A stretch of DNA of 64,000 bases from Trichosphaerium sp. ATCC 40318 (taxonomy: Eukaryota > Protista > Tubulinea). The notes under the pieces are model-generated. The model had not been told where the DNA came from. It saw only the letters and a list, made by a program, of their open reading frames with translations, and searched no databases. Numbering within the stretch: position 1 is the stretch's first letter; the number at the start of each line of letters is the position of its first letter. Positions 1-14,630 of the stretch are shown one piece after another. The DNA lies in the NCBI GenBank assembly GCA_038496445.1, contig JALMLS010000289.1, forward strand, positions 110,598 through 174,597. The letters run 5' to 3'. A program made the position numbers and the translations under genes.

Positions 1-3000
1 CTGAAGGTTGATAACCTGGCGTATAACTCGTTGCAGGTATGGTAGAAACAGCAGGACCTGGGCTACCATATCCAGCATATCCACCACGGTTAGGTGTGTT
101 TGGCTGTGTGAATCCTGTAGCACCTCCGCGCTTTGGTCTGGACCTTGTATTGCTACGTTGTGATACTCCAGAAGCAGTTGGTACTGTGGAATTTTCTGTT
201 GTGAATGGGAAAGCTGGTGGACTCTGTTTGAGACCAAGAGCGTTGTAAACACGATCAAGAAGTACACCACCTTCTGTTTTTGTGAATTTTGGGTCTCTCA
301 TATGCTCCAAGTACGGCATAGCTGCTTGAAGCCTTCCTTGAGATGCCAAGATCTTGGCATATCTTTAAGAGAGTAAGTATACGTCATTTTAAACGAATTG
401 GAACGCACTCTGTGTATTTTGAAGCAAGAAGAGAAGAAACTTCTGTAGGTGCATTAGCATGAGTTAATATCTCCACACGCTCAATTAAATCTTGTAGATC
501 ATCCAACGGGTTAACTGATCGTTTCTTTTCCTTTTTTTTAAAAGTTAGATAAGGACGCATTGCGTAGTTAAGTCAATAAACGACAAAACGAAAAAAACAG
601 AACACTTTGAAGCATGCGTACTTTTTGAAGCCAAAACTCAATAGCTTTGTCATTTTTACGTGCACATATATAACACGTCAAGGCATTGTAAAAATTACCA
701 GTTTTATCTTGTGATAGGCGATCTCCTAGAGTCTCACATAGCTCAGCAGCTTCTTCTGGTGTTGCATAGCAAATAAATGTAGCAAGTGCTTGCCGCCAAT
801 ATTTTAGCTCTACATCTGCAGCAATACGCTTAAAGTCATTGTTTACAATAGCAGAAACTAATGTCATAAAAGGTCTCTTTTTACGTTGTGCTTTGAGGTA
901 GCTCGCCTGAGAAAACGTCAGATTTGATCCTATACTCTTTTTTTTCACAATGTACCTGCGCTAGGTTCCATAATGAAGCGTCTGGCGATGCCTTAGCAAT
1001 AACCAATGCATCCGCATAACGTCCTACGCGAAAGCAAGCCTCTACAGCACCACGTAGGTTACCAACCATCAAAGATCTTCAAAACAAGTTAGAAAAGTAA
1101 TTAAACTATTAATGAATACCTTGCTATAGCTGTTTCAATCTTATCAGCACTTTCAAACCTCATAGGCGTTGATTTTCTCTTTTTAATTTTTGTTGGTGTC
1201 TGTAGTTGTTCCATAGTATCAAAAGCAGATGTTTCGCCTTCTTCACCAATACCAAAACCATCTGACGCTGTTTTTAAACAGAATAAGCAACAAAAAAAAA
1301 CATGAAGAATGAACAAAAAAATCGACTTTTTGTTTACCTGACACTGCTTCTTTAACTGGCTCTTCGTACTCTTCTTCATCTTCAGGATTCTCCAAAAGAC
1401 CTTCTCCAGGGTACTTAGATAGAAATTTTGTAACTTCCTCAGCGACTTTATCAGGTGCAAACCCAAGGTATTTCATTAAATGATCTCTATTTTCTTCTGC
1501 ATCAAATGTTGCTCCAAGGAATCCCCATATTTGTTTTTCTCCTTTGTCCTTACAGTTCTCGGCTTTCTGTACGCAATACTCTCTGTAGTTTGCATTTTTG
1601 AGTACATTCTGAAGAGCATCAGCGCGCTTAGCGACTTGATTTTCTGTAACAACTGTCGACACCTAAAAAGGGGAAAAAAATCAATACAACAGACCAACAT
1701 AGAAGTCTTTCGAAAACGTACTTTAACGCTTGTTTTAGCTGCTGTGATAAGTTTACCACCAAATCCGAATGTGGCGCTGCAAGGTCGCTAGTATAAAATC
1801 AGAAGAGGTTGAGAGCAAATTGAGACATACAGCTAACCATCTTGGTGGTTTTTGAAGTACCATGCCTTCAGTACCAATATCTACAAGCGATAGAACTTTA
1901 ATCTACAAAAAACCAAAAATTAGCATTACAGAAAGAATAATCATTTTGACTTGCCTTGTTCTCTAGAGAAGCTGCTGAAGCAACGGCATTTATACAAGGA
2001 GACCATTGTACATCAACATTCCATTTAGCAGATGTTTCGACCTTAAGACATAAATAAGCTAAAGAATCTTTGTTGTTTTTGAATAGGGAATTAAAAAAAA
2101 AAGAGTTGTTTACCTCGCAAAGCACTTCTCCTGTTGATACATCCCAACATAATGTTTTATTATCCTTACCACTCGATAATAGTAAATTTGTGTCAACATC
2201 ACACCAAGACAGAGATAGTACACCCTTAGTATGTCCACGGAAAGTCTACAATTAAAAAAAAATTAAATACAACTTCAAACAAAACATGTCTTGAATCTAT
2301 CATCAACACGGCGTAAAAAGTACCTTGATAGGTCCAGCATATGTATTCTTTAAATCCCACAATTGAATAACTGGATTATTATCGTCTTCAGATGCAGTTA
2401 GAAGTTGTACATCCTAACAAACAGCATAAGAAAAAAGACAAACAAAATGTCAAACAAAAAAAAAAAAAAATACGCACAGCTGTAGGGCTCCAAGCCATAG
2501 CTTTACATTTACCGATAGAATCAGCAAAACTAATGATATGACGTCCTTTTCTCAAGTCCCAAATAGCAGTAAAACCATCATGAGAGCATGATCCGAGGAT
2601 ATGTGGTACTTTCTTATTCCATGACACGCAACTAATCTTTCCTGAGTGAGGAGACTGTGGTGTTTTCTGAACTGGTTGTGCTGGATTCTTTACGTCCCAA
2701 ATTATAATCTAAGCGTAATATAAGGTATATTTAGTGAAATGTAGTGTGTACTTTGCCGCTAGTATCACCAGAAGCGAGAAATGATTTATTGAAAGCATTA
2801 AACTCTAAAGCGCCTACTGGTCCTTGGTGTTGTATTGGTGCCGATAATTGAGACTTGGAAATGTCTCCTCTGCAAAAAACGTTGGCAAAACTTTCTAGTT
2901 TTTTTGGAGTTGTTTACGTACCCATTTATAAACGGAGAAGGGTTATATAGTTGAACAGCGCCATTAGAAAAACCACCAGCAATAATACCGTATGGTGTCG

Positions 3001-3238
3001 CTGGAGTGACGTGTCCCCACACTAGCCTGTGCGCACGCTCTGTAGTAGAAATTTTACCAAGGGAACGCATTTCTGACGATCGAGCCTTTAAATTCAAGTC
3101 AAATAACTCTACAGTGCCAGAGGCATCGAAATCGAGCGACATTGTTCCATGAAGTGTAGCTGTCGCCAAGTAACCCGGATGCTGTGTGCAAGGGCTCCAG
3201 GCCACTGCGCTTGTGAGATTTACCTCCTTTAGCTTCAT
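1..3238 (-). CDS. SEC31: COPII outer coat protein Sec31 (WD40 N-terminus, ACE1 region, start of Pro-rich region); multi-exon, runs off the left edge
   Basis: Exons translate to [103 protein letters not shown] and [12 protein letters not shown]. All are Sec31 hallmarks. Confidence 0.96.
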
Positions 3239-3359
3239 GGCTGTGTATAAGAACGGTAAACGTAGTTTTTTGTTGCCAACGTGGTTTTGCGAATTTGCTA
3301 GGCAAACAATTTACTAGCCAAATCCGTCTGTAATAACTTTTTGAATAATTCCCGCCGCA
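3239..3359. promoter_or_regulatory. 121-bp bidirectional SEC31/MCM5 promoter with an E2F-like ATTCCCGC site and an adjacent TTTGAA (CHR-like) element
   Basis: The head-to-head ATGs are at 3238 and 3360. The sequence tttgaataattcccgccgca lies immediately before the MCM5 ATG. Confidence 0.5.
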
Positions 3360-6701
<3,342 letters not shown>

Positions 6702-7083
6702 GAGTTTATTCTCCTCTCACCAAAAGGGCTCTGTTATCATTGTGTTGTAATATAAGAAAAATTGAGTAAAAAAGGGTTACGCCCATGCATTGAACGTTTC
6801 AATAATAATATCTTTCTGTATATGGTGTGCATCACAGAGCGCTCGTGTGAGTAATAGTATCAAGGATTAACAGAACAATTAACGTTTAAGGTTTTTAGAA
6901 TTTCAGCGAGCATGTAGGCGTTTTCAATTGTACTGTTTAAATCATTGTTTGCTGAGGGTTTACGGTAGTTCTTATAGCTCAGTCAAGTGAATTCTAGTCG
7001 AAAAAGGTTGTATTGATCAAAAAAGGCATCTTCAGTTCACAAATAGAAACCCATTCTTTCATCGACAACTACTCCTTGCACAA

Positions 7084-9407
7084 ATGGCTTTTTCTACTCA
7101 TAGTGCAGTTGCACTTTGTGTTTTAGCTATGCTAGCACTAAATGGTACGCAAAACTTGTTGAATACGCACTATACGTAATTACGACTGCATTAAAACCTT
7201 AATACTTAAAGCCTCTTGCTTTTGTTTCCATGCTGATTGTACAGCTTTCTTTGTAGTTTAAACTAACGATTACGCACCTTTACGCTATCGGAAACGTAAA
7301 ACGAATCAAATGCAAGAGTTTGCAACCAAATCCTCGTATTTTTTTTTGTTCTCTTTTCTTTGTACACTATTCCAATCTTTATCGTTGCTTTGTACTGTTA
7401 TTTGTATTTTCTCCGCTAATACGATTATTAGTTACTGCGGACTTGTTCAGCGACGATTTCTTTGGCGATAAAATTGGTACCTTACGCCGCGAAACAGAAC
7501 AAAATCATCCGTGGTTTAAAACAAACACAAGAGGCGACCTCACAACAAGACTCGCTAGACCAAGACCAAAGAGTCAAGAAGAGCTTCTAATGAAGTTAGA
7601 CCCAACCCTTTTACGTCAAGCAGAACAAAACAGACAAATGAAGATCGAGTTGATCAGAGTAAACCAAGAGCGCTTGAAAAACGGCGAACCTCCTCTGTCT
7701 TTGCAAGAGTATACTGCTCAACAAGGGGGACGAGTGGGCGGTGGTAACCCTGAGGATCCATATGGCAACTACCCTGAGGACCCAAACGGCAACTATCCTG
7801 AGGACCCTAATGCTGGCGGAGATGGCGATATTTGCGCTGATCCTACTTTCGATCCTTGCAGTTATGATGGTTATCCTGCAGAGGATCCATGTCAGTTTTA
7901 CGCAGACAATCCTGATAGACAACCCGGTGATTGTCCAGCTGGGGGCGACAGTCTGGGTGCTGATCCAAGAGGCGGTGATCCTGGTGCTGATGATGGCGAT
8001 ATTTGCGCTGATCCTACTTTCGATCCTTGTAGTTTTGATGGTTATCCTGCAGAGGATCCATGTCAGTTTTACGCAGACAATCCTGACAGACAACCAGGCG
8101 ACTGTTCAGCTGAAGGTGCCGGTAGGGGTGCAGGTCCGGCCAATCCAGATGACATGGGCAACTATCCAGAAGAGGGTGATGACATGAGTAACTATCCAGA
8201 TGACATGGGCAACTATCCAGATGAAGGTGACGACATGAGCAACTACCCGGATGACATGAGCAACTATCCACAAGAGGGTGACGACATGAGCAACTATCCA
8301 GATGATATGGGCAACTATCCAGAAGGCGGCGACAGCGGTAGAGACGATGGTTTTACTGATCTAAATACTGATGCCGCTCAAAGACGCTATCAACAAGAAT
8401 ACGAAGACACCTTTGGTTCTGATGACGATATGAGTAACTACCCAGAAGAGGGTGATGACATGAGAAACTATCCAGATGATATGAGCAACTATCCTGAAGA
8501 AGGCGATATGGGCAACTATCCAGAAGAAGGTGATGACATGAGTAACTATCCAGATGACATGCGCAACTATCCAGAAGGCGACGACAGCGGTAGAGACGAT
8601 GGTTTTACTGATCTAAATACTGATGCCGCTCAAAGACGCTATCAACAAGAATACGAAGACACCTTTAGTACTGATGACGATTACAGAGATGATAGTGTTG
8701 GCCCTGACAACTGGGGAGAATCCGAGTTAGTTCCGGACAGACGGAGCACTCAAGATGATGTTTCCGATATGGAAGGAGAAGGACGACACCGCGAGTCCCA
8801 CTCAAGCACAGTCAAAACAACAAGCCGCAATAACATAATGTCCGAATTGCGAAAATTTGGCCAACAGGTCAGAGAAAAGGCAAAGGAAAAACTACCTGAA
8901 GTTGTTAGTACAGTGATAGATCATGTCACCGGTAACAACCAAGATGATGATGAAGAAGATATTGAACATCCACAAAACCGAGTTGAAGTTGGTAGAGGTA
9001 GTGTTGAACATCATCAGGATGATTTTATGGAGCATACAGTAAGGGAACCACGACAACATCTTAGCGAAAGGTTGAGAAGATTCAGTGGACGCCTATCAGC
9101 TGCCAAGGATACCAACAAGGTAGCTGTAGGTCCACGCCCATCCTCTTTGACACCTGTGCTACTCTACGGTATTATTGCTACTGGTACGTTTAAGTTCCTT
9201 TGACGTCATTGAAAACTGATCCTTTTTGGGATAGTTTTGCTTTTTTTCTTTGTGTTTTTACAGCTCTCTTATACTCTTTTTTTAGTTCTCTTCGTTATTA
9301 TTGTTGCTGCTGTTGTTGGTTTCCTTGTTATTCGTAAAAGACAGCATATTGTTCAACGTCAAAAGAACTTTGATGGTGATATGGCTTATCAACAAATGAT
9401 CGCTTAA
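7084..9407 (+). CDS. Acidic repeat-rich type I membrane protein of unknown family (signal peptide, 2 Cys modules, NYP repeats, C-terminal TM, short tail); 3 exons
   Basis: Exon 1 encodes MAFSTHSAVALCVLAMLALN and splices to the long exon starting at about 7432. The last exon encodes VLFVIIVAAVVGFLVIRKRQ..AYQQMIA*. Confidence 0.85.
7821..8105 (+). repeat. Two near-identical 114-bp coding modules (7821-7934 and 7992-8105) encoding DGDICADPTFDPCS[Y/F]DGYPAEDPCQFYADNPDRQPGDC
   Basis: Direct sequence comparison. Confidence 0.95.
8148..8666 (+). repeat. Coding tandem array of DDM[S/G/R]NYP(EEG) units, with two identical 85-bp spacers (8330-8414 and 8582-8666)
   Basis: Recurrent gatgacatg-ag/gg-caactatcca units; the two spacers match base for base. 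Confidence 0.95.
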
Positions 9408-9612
9408 ACCGATAGAGATATTATCACTAAACTGACTTATGTGTCATTTTTCATTACTATATTATTGTTTTTTGTTTTAATCACTCGTGTATTACCCATT
9501 CTTTGCTTGTAATAATTAATTACATTCTTTGCATTGAGTTCATTTTTTACGTCGTTGTTTGAGAATGTCTACAATGGCTTGTACTATACGTGTACGAGTG
9601 CTTGCGTATACT

Positions 9613-9636
9613 TATCACAACAACGTTGTTGTGATA
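9613..9636. repeat. Perfect 24-bp palindrome tatcacaacaac/gttgttgtgata
   Basis: Direct reverse-complement match. Confidence 0.9.
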
Positions 9637-9922
9637 CTGTTGTAGAGCGAAACTTCATTGCAGATGACAACATTGCAGTTTTTACTTGATTTTGTACTGA
9701 GCCTCCTCTTGCTTTCTTGGTTACTTCGTCTTTTATTTTTCTTGTTTTTTTCTCTTACTTGTCGCCATACACTTGAAGTAGGTTTCTAGGACATGCAAAT
9801 AAAATAATTTGAATATATTGTTTGTTGCGACGCTGTAGGCGGTAAAGTCACAAGTGTAGCGACTTGACGACATTATTAATTTTGTACTAATAATTTACGC
9901 GCATCATTACAAGGGAGAGTTT

Positions 9923-10028
9923 CACCAGTGACTTCTTTACCTTCTCTTGGTAATCACATAAACAAAGTCAGTTGGTGTAGGTCCAGCGCCTTCTGAGTTT
10001 GCCACAAACATAGCATAGACGAGGTAAG
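9923..10028 (-). pseudogene. Inverted, diverged fragment copy of exon 2 of the SnoaL-like gene (47861-47965)
   Basis: The reverse complement encodes YLVYAMFVANSEGAGPTPTDFVYVITKRR*, against YLIYAKFMANSEGAGPTPTDFVYAITTKKG in the gene. The DNA shares a long identical core. Confidence 0.85.
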
Positions 10029-10295
10029 CCCAACCTTCAAGACGGAAGAGGAGTAAAAAGGCCAAAGAAAACCTCGCAACTGCTTCTTTTGATTCTTCCT
10101 ATAAACCATTACAACAACCTTAAAATTGCTAGGAGTGTGCTTTCAATGTGTATGAGTGCTGTATAGAACGTATGGCGTTAAACAAGGATGTTGTTCGGAG
10201 ATACAAGTTCAAACTTTATTTTGTTTTTTTGGAACTTCATTGCACTTGATAACTCTCTTTATGTCACGTTTTTTCTTTTGTTTTGTTTGGTGGTT

Positions 10296-12616
10296 TCAAG
10301 ACGCCACTTTATTTATTGTATAGTCAAAGTTCCTGCACTGGATTTCTGTTTTTGTTTTACGACATTCCAAGTACTTCTTTAAAATGGCTTTTGTGGTCTT
10401 ACAAGCTTCTGCTGTACTCATCCCTGAACTTAATCCTGGATCGCTTTTTTCAGCACCAGTAAGGTATCTTGAACTATGTACTATATGCTCAATCGTAATA
10501 TCCTATAGGATATGTAAAAATGAGTTGAAGAACAACAATATAAGGTTACGAGAAAACACAGGTTTTCAAAAAAAAAACTTATTTAGCCTGATACTGGTTT
10601 GCGTATTTTTATGTCTTGGTGCCAAGTCTCTTGTGTACCTTGTCACAAATATTGGCAAACCAGTCTCAGCAGCAAAGGAACATTTACAGAATTTTGAAGC
10701 AAAAAAGAAGGATTGGAATATATAGTCACGTGTACCTTTAGTTTTTTAATATTATTAGGTTTGTAGTTTTGTGTAATCCAATCATCTCCATACCTTCATT
10801 GAAATGAGTTGATGGGCAAGAAGAAAGAAGAAAAAAACAAAGACTACCAAAGGACGAAAAAGTATGGGAATAAGTTGTAGCTCAACCAGCAAGTGATTGG
10901 GTTTTTTCCCGTTCTACCCATTCACCATGAAACAAGGGTGATAGTATAAACACAGGTTTTTCATGAATTGGAAGATAAGAGTACACGAGGTATGAGTTGA
11001 ATAGTACCTCGTGATGGGTAGGTTGTAGAAAAAAAATGAATAAAAAATAAATTATTTTAGGATTAAGGTGTACCAGTTGGGAAAGGCTCTTGGCCAATGA
11101 TATCCGTAAATATGAATATGTGTACGATGTGTAAAATCATATGTAAGGATTTGAGTATTACCCCTACTAAAAGAAGGTCCAACAACGCCAATTTTATTAA
11201 GCTTGTTAAGTTCTTCAATAAACCTTGCAAAAATGATGTAAGCGCACTTAAACAAGGAATATCCGAAAAAACTGTAAGAACTAACTCTAAGTAAAGGGAA
11301 ACAAGCTATATAATGCTTCGTATAATTTAAGCGGTTACTCAATACAGCAAACAAGACAAACGAACAAAGATAATTCAAAAAAAGAAGAATTCTCAAGCAA
11401 ATTATCTTACCTTCCTGTCCAATTCTTTGACGTATATCTAGTATCATCATTGACACGGAAAAACCATTCCACTCCATCTCTATGTGCTGTCATGACAGCA
11501 TCATTGTGAGCCCAGCTATTAAAGAGTCAGAAAAAACACCTCATGCTCATATTGTTCTTTTTTTTTTTGTGTACGCTGAGTGTTTCTTGAAAGGCACCAA
11601 AGACCATGAGATGTAAGAAAGTTGTACCTTATTTTCTTTAGCCCAATTTCTTACCCAATCTACAACAGCTTGCTGGCCTTCTACTTTACCGAAGAAAGGA
11701 TCTACAGTATCAACACCAAAATACAAACAATACCAGTAACCAGGTGTTAAAGAAGGGTGCAATGTTGGAAAGAAATCCTGCACTCAAGTAATTAGATAGA
11801 AAAAAAAAGACGTCAAATGCGAGGGCATTAATAAAAAAAAGCCCACGTGATGACTATGCAAACGTATTTTCACGTGAAAGAAGCAAAAGTTCATCGAAAA
11901 AAAAAAGAGCGACGCTTTTTTGTACTGAGCTAAGGACAACATATATCGACAGGTATATGATACAATCGAAAAATATCAGTGCTTGGAAGTAGTATGGTTT
12001 ATGGATGGTGAGTCAGCACGTCAAAAATAGAAACGATATTAAAAAAGGATTCAATTTGCAATCCGAAGTACCTTTATCAAGTGTATTTTCCCGAGATTCT
12101 CTTTAGTCAAATTATCACCAGCAGAAGATAATGCAGTCGTAAGAGCCACGTCACATTTTTTATCAGTATCAACAATGGGATAGGTATAAATCTTCATTGT
12201 GTTGTCCTTGAATATACGGGGAGGTACCAGACTGTACGGATACGCCTTTGTAGGCTGAAGAGATGGTGCTTCGGTGACTTCTATTTCTTTAGGTTTCTCA
12301 GTGACTTCATATTCTTGGTATGTCTTTGTTGGACGTTCTCGCGTATAACCTGGTGCAGCTGTGACAAGTTGGCCAGCGGGGAAGCTCTGTACGCGTAAAT
12401 ATTGTTATTAAAGGCAACAGAAGCGCGTTGGAGGAAATGGGAAGAGAAATTATAGTTTTTAGCTTATCACGTGATCAAAAGGGCAAAAATTGCCTTCATA
12501 GGTAATATTACGTGTTAAAACGTGCGTACGCTTGAACCATGTGTAACATACAGAATAAAAAGAGTTCCTACTGTAATAGCAGCAATAATGTAGGCAGTGT
12601 TCTTTTGCGAAGGCAT
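10296..12616 (-). CDS. Type II membrane GT-A-fold glycosyltransferase-like protein, multi-exon
   Basis: N-terminal anchor MPSQKNTAYIIAAITVGTLFILYV, a Pro/Thr/Glu stem, then YFGVDTVDPFF, WAHNDAVMTAHRDGVEWFFRVNDDT (DxD-like), IGVVGP..GNTQILTYDFTHRTH and FPNW.YGDDWITQNY. Confidence 0.7.
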
Positions 12617-13359
12617 TTCTGTAAAGGTCTTTTCTACCCAAGCAAAATAGGACAATATGAAACCCTTCGGAGAGTTAAATGATGCCGTAGTTTTTGTAAT
12701 TGCTACGAGTAGGATTTTTTATTCAAAATTATCCTGTAAATCACTTAAATATCTATAGGAGCACGTACAGTTTTCCTGGTTCTTTTCACGTGTTGCTACG
12801 TTGCCTACAATTAAGACACTCTATTTAAGTTTGTTTGGCAAACAAAAAAGAGCGTTTCTAGCGGATTCGTGTTGAATGCTGTCGGGAAATGGAAGTGCGC
12901 TGCATGCTTTTCACATTTACTGATGTAAAACATAGATTGGTGACTTATCCAATGTGGTAACTAATTCTATTTTATTGTACTTTCTTTCGACACATTTCCT
13001 TATCGTAAGCATATGTTGCTGGGAATCTCATTCATTAGTGAACAAAGGAACTGTGCCATAATGAGGATCAAGAATAGTAGAGAGTTTTCCAAACTAGTCC
13101 TGGCATTTCTATCAATATTCTTAAGCTTTGATGGGCTGCGATGTAACGTAGGTGTGATGGGTAGAAATTAAGAAAAAAGTGGTTTCAAGACGTGTTCGCA
13201 TACGGCTTATTTCTGACTAGCTGCGATGGCTGTTAGTAACCTAAGAAGATAAGGAGTACATCTACGGTTACCCTACAACACATTGCGTTGCGTCTAAGGC
13301 AGAGCATTCGAAGCAAATTATAAAGTACAATTACAGGTTTATTTGTTTTTACATTGGCT

Positions 13360-14630
13360 TTAGCGAAAAGCAGTTGATGAAGACAAGACAGAAATCATCT
13401 CAGCGAATTCTCGGGATAGAATATTATGCTTCACCATTTGACCTGTATTTAAAGATGGCCATGTTACATTAGGTTGAAGTGAAATGATTGTCTTGATCTC
13501 TTCAAAAATTTGCATCCAGATATCTTTTTTCCTTTCTTGAGGTTTAAACCGCCAACAATTTCCCTTTCTCCGTTTATCAATTACTGTAGCCCACCTTTTG
13601 AAAAAAATAAGCACCAAAGATACATAGCAGCAGTTGTGTTCACACAACGAAAACAAAGCAACAAAGAATAAAAAGATTTTATTTTCGGGCGAGATTTAAC
13701 TTGGCATGGTCACGTGTACAACGTGTACGAGAGTAGGAGCGATTGTTAATGTTATTTAAATAAACTATTTTTACAATTGCTACTTTTTAGTCTTTTTCGG
13801 CGTTCACACGTGACCAACGTATTACGAAACGGTGCGTACCTTTTTATAGATTTATAAGCGCCATACGTGTCTCTAGGTCTCTTTTGCTTATATTGGCTCA
13901 ACACGCTGACGGCAGTCATGAATACTCTATCATTTCTATACAAACAAGTCAGGAGATTGTCCATGCTGTTGCGATCAACAAAAAAAATACTAGCGCAGAT
14001 CGTACATAACTACAAAGGTATCACCTTCTCTGTGAACGCCAGCTTTTAGTATCGCAGCCAAACAAACAGCATAGAGGTAAGGCTTCTTACTTCTACCCAA
14101 TACACGTTGAAGAAGTGGATCTGCTTTTAAAGCAAAATTCTGTTCACAATTTCGTTTATCCCAAGCACCCTGTTGATGAGATTTTAGCCAAAGAGGTTAA
14201 GAAGAAAAACGCAAAAAGAAAAATAAAAAGTTCGAAACTTTTTTTTTGAAGTTTAAGAAAACGAAGACTTCGACGCCATGTTCTTTGTTGATGGTACACG
14301 TACCTCTTGTTTAATACATGGTTGAAATAACTTTTTATCGTCATGTTCTACCTTCACGGGCACTACACGTGGCTCTTCTATGATACGAAAAGAGCCATGC
14401 TGATGAGTTTTCTGGATAGGTTCTTGTTTTATATAGCCAAGAGTTGACTGAGTGTGCTCAAAATTGTTACGAGATATTTGACCACCCAAGTTGTTTTGTA
14501 TAACGGGTTGATGGTTATGCAATGATTGGCATTGATAAGATGCTGGCAGTGTATCTGTCTCGAAAACAGGTAAGAAGTGTGAGATATCATGACATTGTAG
14601 TATATAGTCGGTCGGTTGGTAGTAGAGCAT
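13360..14630 (-). CDS. Hypothetical protein, possible transcription factor (Q/H-rich N-terminus with psi-KxE motifs, basic C-terminal domain); about 4 exons
   Basis: GTACG..AG introns join ORFs 14253-14630, 13752-13964 and 13360-13656 in frame. IKQE, VKVE and IKQE motifs are present. Confidence 0.6.

Noticed and set aside
7655-7700. VNQERLKNGEPPL resembling the start of a CAP/SCP domain
   Set aside because: The rest of a CAP domain is absent; repeats follow directly.
7611-8271. Overlapping alternative-frame and antisense ORFs (7611-8093, 7741-8187, 8014-8271)
   Set aside because: They are shadows of the repetitive coding sequence.
8148-8666. Repeat-spacer look resembling a CRISPR array
   Set aside because: The repeats are in-frame codon repeats inside a eukaryotic ORF, there are no unique spacers and no cas genes.
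9500-10200. Helitron call for the palindrome plus captured gene fragment
   Set aside because: No CTRR terminus at the expected distance from the hairpin on either strand, and no TIR or TSD seen. Kept only as separate observations.
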